From positions 32,001-96,000 of IMG/VR virus record IMGVR_UViG_3300050821_001198: 64,000 nucleotides of DNA; one strand, written 5' to 3'. Origin of the DNA: a virus. Of this stretch, positions 26,968-35,402 are shown one piece after another; the first letter of the stretch is position 1; the number at the start of each line of letters is the position of its first letter. The translations under genes were made by a program, and so were the position numbers. Below the pieces are notes generated by a model. The model searched no databases. It saw only the letters and a program-made list of their open reading frames with translations, and was not told the origin of the DNA.

Positions 26968-27870
26968 TTAGGCCCACGCAAGGCCAAGAGCCTCGATGAG
27001 CGGGTGGTGTGTGGGAACGATGTCCCGTTTGTACAAGCCGTCCGCAGGGAACCAACGGATCTCCGCCAGATCATCTCCCGCTTCAAGCGGTCCGTGCAGG
27101 AGCTTCGCACGGAAGAGGAATGTCATGATGCCGTCTGGCTCGCCCTTATACCGCCAGTCATCAACGACAAGAGAGGCGACGTACTCGGGATCAGTGATTG
27201 AAGCGCTTGTCTCTTCGCCCATCTCGCGGCGGGCCGCCGCCTCGGCACTACTGTCAGAGGGGTCGATGAATCCTCCGGGGAAGCGGAACTCAGTCTCTTC
27301 GGGTTTACGCCCCAGCAAGACCTTCGACCCATCCTCGTTGAAGCATGCGATGTCCACGGTGGGGTAAGTCGTATCCCAGCGATTGAAGGTCGCCCAGATG
27401 ACACCCTCTCTGAATTCCGGTGTGGCCTTGGTGCTCCGGGATGCGATCTCCTTCCGCATCTCCGTGCCGCTGACGTAGGATTCCTGCTCGAACTCCCGCG
27501 TTGGGAGCGTTCCGTGGTAGCGAGAGATGAATCCGTCACGTCCTCCATAGACGCACACCGACTGCGAGGGGGTCAAGTTCTTACGGACCTCCCGGTCGAA
27601 GTTGCGGGACCAGAGACGGTCCGACCACGAGTCATCGATGTACCCGACCGTGACGTTCGGGAACTCAGCAAGGACCATCTGCTTCCTCGCCTCGTAGTCG
27701 AGCGGGTTGCCCTGAGAGTTGCGAATCGGGGCGAGCCCGATAAAGACCAGCACTTTGTCGTGCCGATCACAGACCTGTTGGATCAGGTCTCGGTGCGCCC
27801 AATGCAGGGACGCTACCTGGAATCGTCCGACGACGACTCCAACGTCGTATGGCTCTTCTTTGAGCTTCAT
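26968..27870 (-). CDS. nadM: Bifunctional NMN adenylyltransferase / ADP-ribose pyrophosphatase (NadM-Nudix)
   Basis: VGRFQVASLHWAH (HxxH); NPL; VSGTEMR; Nudix box PGGFIDPSDSSAEAAARREMGEET; GAGGA SD before ATG 27870. Confidence 0.92.
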   Translation of the reverse strand: MKLKEEPYDVGVVVGRFQVASLHWAHRDLIQQVCDRHDKVLVFIGLAPIRNSQGNPLDYEARKQMVLAEFPNVTVGYIDDSWSDRLWSRNFDREVRKNLTPSQSVCVYGGRDGFISRYHGTLPTREFEQESYVSGTEMRKEIASRSTKATPEFREGVIWATFNRWDTTYPTVDIACFNEDGSKVLLGRKPEETEFRFPGGFIDPSDSSAEAAARREMGEETSASITDPEYVASLVVDDWRYKGEPDGIMTFLFRAKLLHGPLEAGDDLAEIRWFPADGLYKRDIVPTHHPLIEALGLAWA

Positions 27871-27943
27871 GTGTTCCTCACGGTTGTATCTGTAAACCCT
27901 CGTAGGGGAACTGCTATTCAGTTGGTACTTACGTGAGAGGGTA

Positions 27944-28138
27944 TCAGCCGTATCTAGGTCCGTCAAGCGGATCTAGGTCGTTCATCTTCCGGAGGAAGTC
28001 CTTATCCCAATCGTCTGTGATCTGAGATTGGACTCGGATGCAAAGCGCACAGAGGTAGCGCCCGTTAGCGACCATGATGTTCGGAATGAACTCCGCTCCG
28101 CACTCAGAGCACTTAGGTTTATTGAGATTTGCAGGCAT
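27944..28138 (-). CDS. Small Zn-finger protein
   Basis: CSEC..CALC. Confidence 0.5.
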   Translation of the reverse strand: MPANLNKPKCSECGAEFIPNIMVANGRYLCALCIRVQSQITDDWDKDFLRKMNDLDPLDGPRYG

Positions 28139-28142
28139 TTTG

Positions 28143-28400
28143 CTATCGGGCTCGTCTTTGAATCTCATCCCACCACTCGTTGAGATCTGCAAGGAAAGCG
28201 TCGTCCCAATCATCCCCGTGGGCTTCAAGGATGCGGCCCACCTGTTCATCTGGACTACCCTTGACCTTGGCGAGCACTGGCGCTTCACAATCCGGGCAGA
28301 GGGCAAGTCTACGGTACGCCACGATATCGATTGGCTCATCGCAGACCTTGCAGTAGAAGTGGTCTCCGTCGCCAGACGAGAAGTTGAATGCACCGGGCAT
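28143..28400 (-). CDS. Small Zn-finger protein
   Basis: CKVC..CPDC. Confidence 0.55.
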   Translation of the reverse strand: MPGAFNFSSGDGDHFYCKVCDEPIDIVAYRRLALCPDCEAPVLAKVKGSPDEQVGRILEAHGDDWDDAFLADLNEWWDEIQRRAR

Positions 28401-28407
28401 GACTAAG

Positions 28408-28481
28408 CTGGGGAGGCAGGGCTCGAACCTGCGACATGCGGACTAACCACCACGCCGCTCTACCAACTGAGCTACTCCCCA
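28408..28481 (-). tRNA. tRNA-like gene, probably Asn(GTT)-derived, with an aberrant 18-nt anticodon arm
   Basis: Acceptor TGGGGAG/CTCCCCA plus G73; D arm GCTC-AGTTGGTA-GAGC; T arm GCAGG-TTCGAGC-CCTGC; anticodon arm GCGTGGTGGTTAGTCCGC. Confidence 0.78.
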
Positions 28482-28488
28482 AGGAGCC

Positions 28489-29211
28489 CTACCGAACCTC
28501 ATCTACAAACCCTAGCTTGAGAGCATCGTCGGCCGTCATCCACCAGTCCTTACGATCCCAATTGCGCTTGATGAACGCCTTGGTGGTCTTGGGATTGATG
28601 GGCTTCGACCGTTCCTCGAAGATATCAAGGATACGCTCGTGAAACAAGCTCATGAGACGAACCCGATCCTCGACCTGGGCAAAATCACCGATTGCGCCCA
28701 ACGATCCCTGATGGAGTAGGAGGATGCAGTTCTTGCCCATGATCCGCGTCGTGCCAACCTGGAGGATGACGCCGCCCATCGACGCTGCCACCCCAAGAGC
28801 CACCGTGTTGACAGTGTGACCCTTGTCTTGGAGAGACCTGATGAAGTCCACAAGCGCAAGGCCCGCGAAGATCGATCCACCGGGCGAGTTGATCTGAACC
28901 TCAATCTCGCACTCGGGGTTGAGACGTGACCACTCGGTCAGTTTGGTAATGCACGACTTCACCGTATTGTCATCGACTTGTTTGTCGAAGACGTAGACGA
29001 AGTTGTTGGAGTTGTTGGCTTGCTCGGCCGCTTCCTCGCGCTGCTTCGTGCGTAGATTGATGGCACTGATCATGGCATCGTTGCCCGCCTTCTGGGCCTG
29101 TGCCGAGAAGAGGTCGCGTTCGGCCAAGCGAACCTCGGCCAACGCCTCGAATGCGGCGATCTCCGCCTTATGAAGCGGTCGGGTAGTGTCTGCCTTGTCT
29201 GGGGCTGGCAT
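28489..29211 (-). CDS. clpP: ClpP-like protease
   Basis: INSPGGS; AASMG (Ser); LLHQ (His); DWWMTADDALKLGFVD. Confidence 0.9.
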   Translation of the reverse strand: MPAPDKADTTRPLHKAEIAAFEALAEVRLAERDLFSAQAQKAGNDAMISAINLRTKQREEAAEQANNSNNFVYVFDKQVDDNTVKSCITKLTEWSRLNPECEIEVQINSPGGSIFAGLALVDFIRSLQDKGHTVNTVALGVAASMGGVILQVGTTRIMGKNCILLLHQGSLGAIGDFAQVEDRVRLMSLFHERILDIFEERSKPINPKTTKAFIKRNWDRKDWWMTADDALKLGFVDEVR

Positions 29212-29223
29212 AAATGCTCCTGG

Positions 29224-29916
29224 TTATGGTGCCACGCGGCCCGCAGCCACGAAAGCTCGATGGGTTGTCGGCAAATGCCTAGCGAAGATTCCCTCTATCG
29301 CCTCTGCATACCGTCTGATCTCGTACATTGCTCCGGGTGAGTTTCGGAGGGCGAGGAAGTTCATCAGAGAGCGACTATTGGCCGTCCAGCGAATCTCCGT
29401 ATACAAGTTGAGAGGAAGAGAGATACGGGCCTGCTCCTTAGCCACACCGCGCCTAAGCCACTTCTTGTAGAAGTTCCAGGCAGCTTGGTTGGCCTCGGCT
29501 AGATCGTCTAGGTACTCCGCGTACATCTCCGGATCTTCTATGGTCTCGAAGGTGTAGGCTCCGGGCCGCCCCTTCTGGACTCGAAGGTGATCGGGCTCAA
29601 AGAAGTCGCCCCGCATCTCCACGTACCGTCCGCTCTCTTCGTTGACCGAGAATCCGATCCGATGCCGAATCCACTCACGCATCACGAATACCGGGAGACG
29701 GATGTGCCACATCGAATAGAACCCCTGCTCAAATGGTGATCCATGCTTGTTCTTGAGCAAGTAGTTGATCAACCTAGCGTCATCGTTGCTGAATTCCAGG
29801 CTTTCCTTGGCGAAAGAGACGCGAGCCGCGTTCACGATGTCCAACTCGCTCCCGATCCATTTGGTTAGTTCGACAAATCCATGGGGCTCGAAGATGACTT
29901 GCGCGTCCTCCGTCAT
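29224..29916 (-). CDS. thyX: FAD-dependent thymidylate synthase
   Basis: NAARVS; HGSPFE; RHRIGFSVNEESGRY; AKEQAR; FLALR. Confidence 0.95.
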   Translation of the reverse strand: MTEDAQVIFEPHGFVELTKWIGSELDIVNAARVSFAKESLEFSNDDARLINYLLKNKHGSPFEQGFYSMWHIRLPVFVMREWIRHRIGFSVNEESGRYVEMRGDFFEPDHLRVQKGRPGAYTFETIEDPEMYAEYLDDLAEANQAAWNFYKKWLRRGVAKEQARISLPLNLYTEIRWTANSRSLMNFLALRNSPGAMYEIRRYAEAIEGIFARHLPTTHRAFVAAGRVAP

Positions 29917-29965
29917 TCAGTCGCCCCAGCCAGGGTCTCGGTTTCGGGCGGATCTCATGCGGAGG

Positions 29966-29994
29966 ACCGTATCAGGCCCTCCGCCTTCTGTCAA
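29966..29994 (-). promoter_or_regulatory. SigmaA-like promoter TTGACA-17-TACGGT, -10 within a hairpin
   Basis: GCGGAGGGCC-TGATAC-GGTCCTCCGC stem; ATG of a 13-codon ORF 7 nt downstream. Confidence 0.6.
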
Positions 29995-31908
29995 CTAGTA
30001 AGTAACCTCGCAGGCACCACCGACGCACGCAAGCTCCTGGGTGGCCTCTGTGTGGTCCTCAAGCTCGATTGCGGTAAGAAGCGACCAGTCGATATCTGTC
30101 GGCATAGTCTGAACAAATTGTTCATACTCGTCCTCGGTGATCTCCTGATAGGGTGCCTGCTGGTAGATGTGATCGGAGTGTGGCAGAAAGGATACCCCGC
30201 TCATCTGATCCCAATGTCGGTACACGAAGTCACCCACAGCAAGCCACTCGCTCTCGCGAACAGTGATCGTCACGGACGGCTTGTGCTCGCACCAGTGCTC
30301 GGCGTACATCAACCAGATCTCTAGCTGATCAATGGCCGACATCTGGCCACGGGTGATGAGCCCAGGCGGAGCCTTCATAGGCCACGAAAAGACCCACATG
30401 GTATCCGGATGGTGGATCTCGTCCTCATAGGGCACTCCCTGCATCATTAGCAACTGACCTACAGGATCAGTCTTGTTGAGCCGGTTGGTGCGGATGTACC
30501 AGTGACCGTGACCCGCGTGGATGCCCGAAGCGTAGGTCTGACATAGCTCTGACGTGTTTCCGCTTGGCTTGTTACAGGTGATCGCCGTGGCAGGGTTGAT
30601 CCCTAGCTTAGCGGCCCATACGGCATTGGTCTCCACCGAGTGCTCCCGCAAGCGTCCGAGAAGACCCTTACATTCATCGGTCACTTGTGAAAGGATCGAG
30701 TGTGCCATAACACCTGTCAGTGACACCCCTAGGAGACGCTCTTCCTCGCAGTTCTTCTTCCACTGAGCAGACAGGTAACGGAAGTCGGTGTACGTACTCT
30801 GGATCGTACCCAGAATCGTCGCCAGTTCGACCTTACGCATCAGTTCGGCCTCGGTGTCACCCGGGCGAACGATTACCTCGGTGAGATTGCAGGTCTGACG
30901 ATCCCGAAGAATGATCTCTGAACAGGGGTTGACTCCGAACTCATGATCGGGGTCACGACGACCGTACTTGGCCGCTTGCTTCTTGGCCGCTTCACGAGAG
31001 AAGATACCTCGCTCTCCGGACTTGGACTTGATGAGCGAGATCCACTCGTCTAGGAACCGTTCCATGGAAGGTTTCTCGGTCCATGCCGCCGAGTTATTGG
31101 CTAGCGCGTAGTGAGGATTCTCGATATCCCACCGACCACTCTTGGCCTCTCGCATGCGGTCATCGGAGGGATTCGACAGTGACAAAAGAGCGCTGCGACG
31201 GACGCCTCCGACAACTACGATATCACCGATCTTGCACATGATCCCGTGACACTCCAGAGACGTGAGCTTACGCCCCTGAGCCTCCTTGAAGATGGCCACG
31301 GTGTACCGAAACAACTCGTCAAGGGGAACGGGTCCAGAGGACCGCCCTCCCATGGTCTTGAGCCGCGCTCCAGCGGGACGTAGCTTGCTGAGATCCCATG
31401 AAGGGGTCCCGCCAGCGTACAGGGCTGCTAGGAGCCTACGAAACGCAGAAGCCCAGCCCTGCTTGGAATCCGCGACGACGATTACGTCATCGACGGGATA
31501 GAGAGTTGGTACTTCAGGAAGCTGGTTGACATACTGGCGTTCGACCGAGAAGCCAACACCTGTTCCGCACATGAGGACATACATGGCTTCGTCAAAGGCG
31601 TGGACCCGATTGATCGCCAGATAGGCGCAGTTGTAGCCAGCGATGTTGTCGCGGTCGAGAGCCGGACCCGCTGTCATGAGTGCTCGCATTGACGGCACTA
31701 GCTCCAGATTCAAGATGGCATTTCTGATCTGGTCGTACTCACCGTTGAGAGTGAATTCGTGTTTCTCGGACTGCCGCTGAATAGCTGACATGTAACGGTC
31801 AACGGTTTCCGTCCAGGTCTCGCGGCGCTTGAGGTCTTCGTTCCATCGCGCGTACTTCGTCTGATGGATTTGTTCTTGGTATGGCGTGGGGAGGCCGACT
31901 TGTGTCAC
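29995..31908 (-). CDS. nrdJ: Class II (B12-dependent) ribonucleotide reductase
   Basis: PSMRALMTAG; YNC; GTGVGFS; GGVRRSA; NPCSEI; CNLTE; KPSG; EHKPS; C-terminal ACVGGACEV. Confidence 0.93.
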   Translation of the reverse strand: MTQVGLPTPYQEQIHQTKYARWNEDLKRRETWTETVDRYMSAIQRQSEKHEFTLNGEYDQIRNAILNLELVPSMRALMTAGPALDRDNIAGYNCAYLAINRVHAFDEAMYVLMCGTGVGFSVERQYVNQLPEVPTLYPVDDVIVVADSKQGWASAFRRLLAALYAGGTPSWDLSKLRPAGARLKTMGGRSSGPVPLDELFRYTVAIFKEAQGRKLTSLECHGIMCKIGDIVVVGGVRRSALLSLSNPSDDRMREAKSGRWDIENPHYALANNSAAWTEKPSMERFLDEWISLIKSKSGERGIFSREAAKKQAAKYGRRDPDHEFGVNPCSEIILRDRQTCNLTEVIVRPGDTEAELMRKVELATILGTIQSTYTDFRYLSAQWKKNCEEERLLGVSLTGVMAHSILSQVTDECKGLLGRLREHSVETNAVWAAKLGINPATAITCNKPSGNTSELCQTYASGIHAGHGHWYIRTNRLNKTDPVGQLLMMQGVPYEDEIHHPDTMWVFSWPMKAPPGLITRGQMSAIDQLEIWLMYAEHWCEHKPSVTITVRESEWLAVGDFVYRHWDQMSGVSFLPHSDHIYQQAPYQEITEDEYEQFVQTMPTDIDWSLLTAIELEDHTEATQELACVGGACEVTY

Positions 31909-32241
31909 TTGGCCCTTTCTATTCGGTTCAAAGCGTAACCGTTACCGGATAGCTAGACAGTACCAGAAAGGGGGAAGAACTGTGGCGTTCTAACACACAT
32001 TTCGCTACTTGCGTATCGAGACACTTAGATACATAACGCGCGGGCGCGTCTGACGTTCCGTTCACCCACTCAGACCCACATCCCACTGGCCATTTCTGGC
32101 AGGATGGCGTCGAGCTTGCCTGTATCTGCTCACTCCGTAAACCGGGGTTCCTCCCCGTAGGGGTTTTCACCGGCTCCGATAGGAGGCTTCAGGGTGCCAC
32201 TCTCGGCGTGCATATGTTTACCGTCATGCCTGACGAACCGA
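31909..32241 (-). ncRNA. Putative structured leader RNA / riboswitch candidate upstream of nrdJ
   Basis: Promoter at 32245-73; terminal helix TCGGTTC/GAACCGA; about 10 internal hairpins; anti-SD CCCTTTCT complementary to SD AGAAAGGG. Confidence 0.55.
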
Positions 32242-32244
32242 GTT

Positions 32245-32273
32245 ACTGTAACACAGCATTTTCACTGTGTCAA
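32245..32273 (-). promoter_or_regulatory. SigmaA-like promoter TTGACA-17-TACAGT
   Basis: Near-consensus; -10 at centre of GTTAC-A-GTAAC. Confidence 0.7.
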
Positions 32274-32303
32274 ACGCACCGATAACGGGCGAAAGGAAAT
32301 TTC

Positions 32304-32543
32304 ATGCTCAAGCAACTCATTCAGGCTGCCCTTGTAGCCATCACTCAGTCCGAGTCCATCGTTGTGGGAGCCTTGCTGTCGGGCCTCGTCCTATTGGCGA
32401 AAGACCTCCACATTGTCGTCAATAAGGCGTCCCTAGCGGTCATTCTGACACCGCTTATCACCGCCATCATTGTCGAACTTGACAAGCAGGCTGGTGTCAG
32501 TGTCTCCGCCAGACGAGCCTCGAAGGGCTCTCTAGACCAGTAA
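32304..32543 (+). CDS. Small membrane protein, holin-like
   Basis: 79 aa, two hydrophobic helices, AAAGGA SD. Confidence 0.5.
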   Translation: MLKQLIQAALVAITQSESIVVGALLSGLVLLAKDLHIVVNKASLAVILTPLITAIIVELDKQAGVSVSARRASKGSLDQ

Positions 32544-32576
32544 TTCACAGGAGTCTCGGGACTATTCTCGGGGCTC

Positions 32577-32605
32577 TTGCGCTTTCATGATATCGGTGGT
32601 AAGGT
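32577..32605 (+). promoter_or_regulatory. SigmaA-like promoter TTGCGC-17-TAAGGT for a leaderless GTG at 32612
   Basis: -10 in loop of CGGTG/CACCG; follows a terminator-like hairpin at ~32552-32576. Confidence 0.5.
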
Positions 32606-32611
32606 TTCACC

Positions 32612-32920
32612 GTGGATTTGAAAGTCAAACAGGTATGTCGTTCCTCCGAGGGCTGGCAGGCTGTCAAGGTCGAATCGTCTAGTGACCCTGATGTCACTTA
32701 CGTAGTGCTCGTGAATCCGTGGGGCGACCCACAGGAGAACATCTGCGACTGCAAGGGCTATCAGTATCGTGGCCACTGCTCTCATCAGACGAAGGCCGAG
32801 GAAAAGAACTGTGCGTGGAGCGCAAACGACTATCTAGCAGAGACCCAGACCCCGGAAGAAGAGCGTCTACAGCGCTGCCCCAAGTGCGGCGGCCCAACCA
32901 AATTGGAGTTGACCCTATGA
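32612..32920 (+). CDS. SWIM zinc-finger protein
   Basis: CDCKGYQYRGHCSH plus C-terminal CPKC. Confidence 0.75.
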   Translation: MDLKVKQVCRSSEGWQAVKVESSSDPDVTYVVLVNPWGDPQENICDCKGYQYRGHCSHQTKAEEKNCAWSANDYLAETQTPEEERLQRCPKCGGPTKLELTL

Positions 32921-33180
32921 CCCCGCAGACAATGCTCAAGCCAGAGGCTTACTTCCTCGATGGCGTTGTCGTAGCTCCCGTTGAAGCACTAATGGTGGGC
33001 GATCTTGTTAGGTTCGACCCGCGCGACACCGACTACCCGGTGGACTTCGTATTGGGAATTTCCCTGCGTAAAGGCACCTTTTACATGCCCTCGGTTGTCA
33101 CAGTGACACATGAGACCGGATCATGGTCGAAGGTGGTCGGGGAGCCCGTAGGGATCGCCGGACGGGACCTATATGTCTGA
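32917..33180 (+). CDS. Hypothetical protein
   Basis: ATGA overlap; 87 aa. Confidence 0.55.
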   Translation: MTPQTMLKPEAYFLDGVVVAPVEALMVGDLVRFDPRDTDYPVDFVLGISLRKGTFYMPSVVTVTHETGSWSKVVGEPVGIAGRDLYV

Positions 33181-33769
33181 GGTTGACGAGCTTCTCTTCA
33201 TCACGACACAGCTAGGTGAATCCTACTTCGCCTGGAAGGAGGAAGAGAAGAACAAGGAGGCCGACCGTAAGGCGTTCTTCGAGCTAGCCATCGCGGCGAA
33301 CAAGGACGCCACCATGCGTACCAAGGTGGTTGAGATCAAGCTGGTCGGGTTCGCTCAGGACATCGATACTGCCACTGCTCGTGCGGAGCAGAAGCACCCT
33401 CGATTCATCGTCAAGGGAGTCCAGGAGACCTCGGCAGACGAAACATCTACAACCTACAAGGCTGTTCTCGAAGAAGATCCTCAATGGCTTGACTTCACCT
33501 ACATCAACAAACGCGACGGGAATGTGTACTGCCGCAAAGTCGAAGACGGTAAGATGCACGTTGACGGGGACCGCATGGAGGAAGAGGACCCAGAGCTTTT
33601 CAAGAGCGTCACTATGGAGACATGGGGTGGCGAGCATATCGTGATGCCGTTCCAGTTCATGGATGACGCCACGCTGAATCGGGTTCAGCCCTACATCTAT
33701 CAGGGTAAGCCGGTGGCGAAATTGTCACCCGTGCGAGCCGCTAAGCCAGAAGAACTAGAGGAAGCATGA
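33173..33769 (+). CDS. Hypothetical protein
   Basis: 198-aa ORF in operon. Confidence 0.65.
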   Translation: MSEVDELLFITTQLGESYFAWKEEEKNKEADRKAFFELAIAANKDATMRTKVVEIKLVGFAQDIDTATARAEQKHPRFIVKGVQETSADETSTTYKAVLEEDPQWLDFTYINKRDGNVYCRKVEDGKMHVDGDRMEEEDPELFKSVTMETWGGEHIVMPFQFMDDATLNRVQPYIYQGKPVAKLSPVRAAKPEELEEA

Positions 33770-34002
33770 CATCTCCCGCTCGTAGACTGAAGCGCCGACA
33801 GGGGAGGGATACCACTTACCGGCTCAAGAAGCTCGCCATGGTGCTCCCGAACTTCAACATCGTCCCTGACGCGCCCGTAGAGCCGGAAGTGCTCAAGCGG
33901 AGCGCGGGCGACTACACACCCCTTCCGAATAAGCGCAAGCAGAAGCGTAGGGCTGTCAGGGCCGCTCGCCGTGCCAGTAGAGGGTCCGTCCGTGGCTCCT
34001 AA
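33766..34002 (+). CDS. Small very basic protein
   Basis: GAGG SD; Arg/Lys-rich. Confidence 0.55.
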   Translation: MTSPARRLKRRQGRDTTYRLKKLAMVLPNFNIVPDAPVEPEVLKRSAGDYTPLPNKRKQKRRAVRAARRASRGSVRGS

Positions 34003-34567
34003 TCGGATAACCCTAGTAGGAGCCCCCGGCGCTGGCAAGTCAGACCTGGCGAATGCTCTCTTTCCGCATCTAGTGGAGCGAGGGATGAACCCTCTCCGGA
34101 TCATCGACCACGTTCATGTGGATGTAGAGGAACGGTACGATCTGGCCGTTGGGATGGCCGGTGGTTACATCGCTGACATTGCTGTCGCCCTAGAAAGAAT
34201 CGGCCAGGAGCGGGCATATATCGCCCAGGGCATTGAGCATTTCATTGTATGTGGATCGCTTGCTGAGAACGCGATTCACACGGCGATCAACGCCGAGATC
34301 TCAGCCGACCAGTTCTCATACGGTGTGGCCCAGGTAGTGACCCCCTTGTACCCGCTCATCCGAATGTCCATGGGGATTCACCCTACCTATCTGGTACCGT
34401 ATCTAGACGACGAGATCCAATTCAACCGCGCCGTGGCGAGCCAAATGGCGCTAGGTCTAGAAGCTCTAGACATGGCCTACAAGGAACTTCCGGTGGGCCT
34501 CGACAACCAGGTGGAGTACATTATTGATGACCTTTTCGCAGACCAAGACGCTCAAACTCCCAACTAA
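33992..34567 (+). CDS. P-loop NTPase/kinase-like protein
   Basis: ITLVGAPGAGKS. Confidence 0.6.
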   Translation: MAPNRITLVGAPGAGKSDLANALFPHLVERGMNPLRIIDHVHVDVEERYDLAVGMAGGYIADIAVALERIGQERAYIAQGIEHFIVCGSLAENAIHTAINAEISADQFSYGVAQVVTPLYPLIRMSMGIHPTYLVPYLDDEIQFNRAVASQMALGLEALDMAYKELPVGLDNQVEYIIDDLFADQDAQTPN

Positions 34568-35402
34568 GGAGGGTATCCTTACCCTCCCGATCCTGACAGA
34601 CGCCGAGTTTGATTGGGTCGAGCGAAACGCGGCCAAGCGTCTTGATCGTTGCCCTACATGTGACGGTAAGCGACTAGACGGAAGTGAGGCAGGGAAGATC
34701 CAAGCCTCGGATAATCACTACGGAGAGGTCAATGGTCAGTATCGCTACCTTGACCAGATTCACGAGTGCGACTGTCAGGCACAGATGGCTCTCTACCGCC
34801 ACTACACGGCCGCCGGAATCGGGGAGCAATACATGCGCCTCGACTGGACCGAGGACTACCACGGAGACACAGAGGCTAAGCGCTTCATCGACACCTACTG
34901 CGAGAAGTGGAAGAACGCTCGTCAAAACGGCATGGGGGTGACACTCTGGTCGGCCGAGGTTGGGACGGGCAAGACATTCGGGGCCACTCATATAGCCAAG
35001 TACCTAATCAAGCGTGGTCAGCGGGTTCGGCTAATTCACTTCGATGACATCGTGACCACGGCCATCGATGGGACCGTTGAAGAGATGGACGCCCTCCAGC
35101 GCATCCCGTTTCTGATCTTGGATGAGGTTTGGTATAACCCTCGCCAGAGTGAGGCACAGAAGGCCCTCTTTGGGGAACACTTCGAGCGTTTGATCCGGTA
35201 CCGAACCAACCGGAACGTACCGACAATCCTCACTACCAACTTCTCCCCGGAGCAGCTAGGCAAGCACTGGCCTCGCATCAATTCGCTCCTTGCAGCCAAG
35301 CAATTCGTGATCGAATTCCATGGCCAGGACTACCGTCTCGGCCAGTCAGTGATCGACAACAAAGAACTGTTCATGAACGACGAGGTAAGGCCCATCATAT
35401 GA
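34527..35402 (+). CDS. DnaC/IstB-like AAA+ helicase loader
   Basis: CPTC..CDC; EVGTGKT; LILDEV; YRTNRNVPTILTTN; GQDYR. Confidence 0.85.
   Translation: MTFSQTKTLKLPTKEGILTLPILTDAEFDWVERNAAKRLDRCPTCDGKRLDGSEAGKIQASDNHYGEVNGQYRYLDQIHECDCQAQMALYRHYTAAGIGEQYMRLDWTEDYHGDTEAKRFIDTYCEKWKNARQNGMGVTLWSAEVGTGKTFGATHIAKYLIKRGQRVRLIHFDDIVTTAIDGTVEEMDALQRIPFLILDEVWYNPRQSEAQKALFGEHFERLIRYRTNRNVPTILTTNFSPEQLGKHWPRINSLLAAKQFVIEFHGQDYRLGQSVIDNKELFMNDEVRPII

Noticed and set aside
31928-32170. 80-aa ORF in the nrdJ leader
   Set aside because: No convincing SD, atypical composition, and the region is better explained by RNA structure; not formally excluded
31909-32245. Firm call as cobalamin riboswitch, tmRNA or group I intron
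   Set aside because: No complete B12 box, no tRNA-like ends or tag frame, and it does not interrupt a gene
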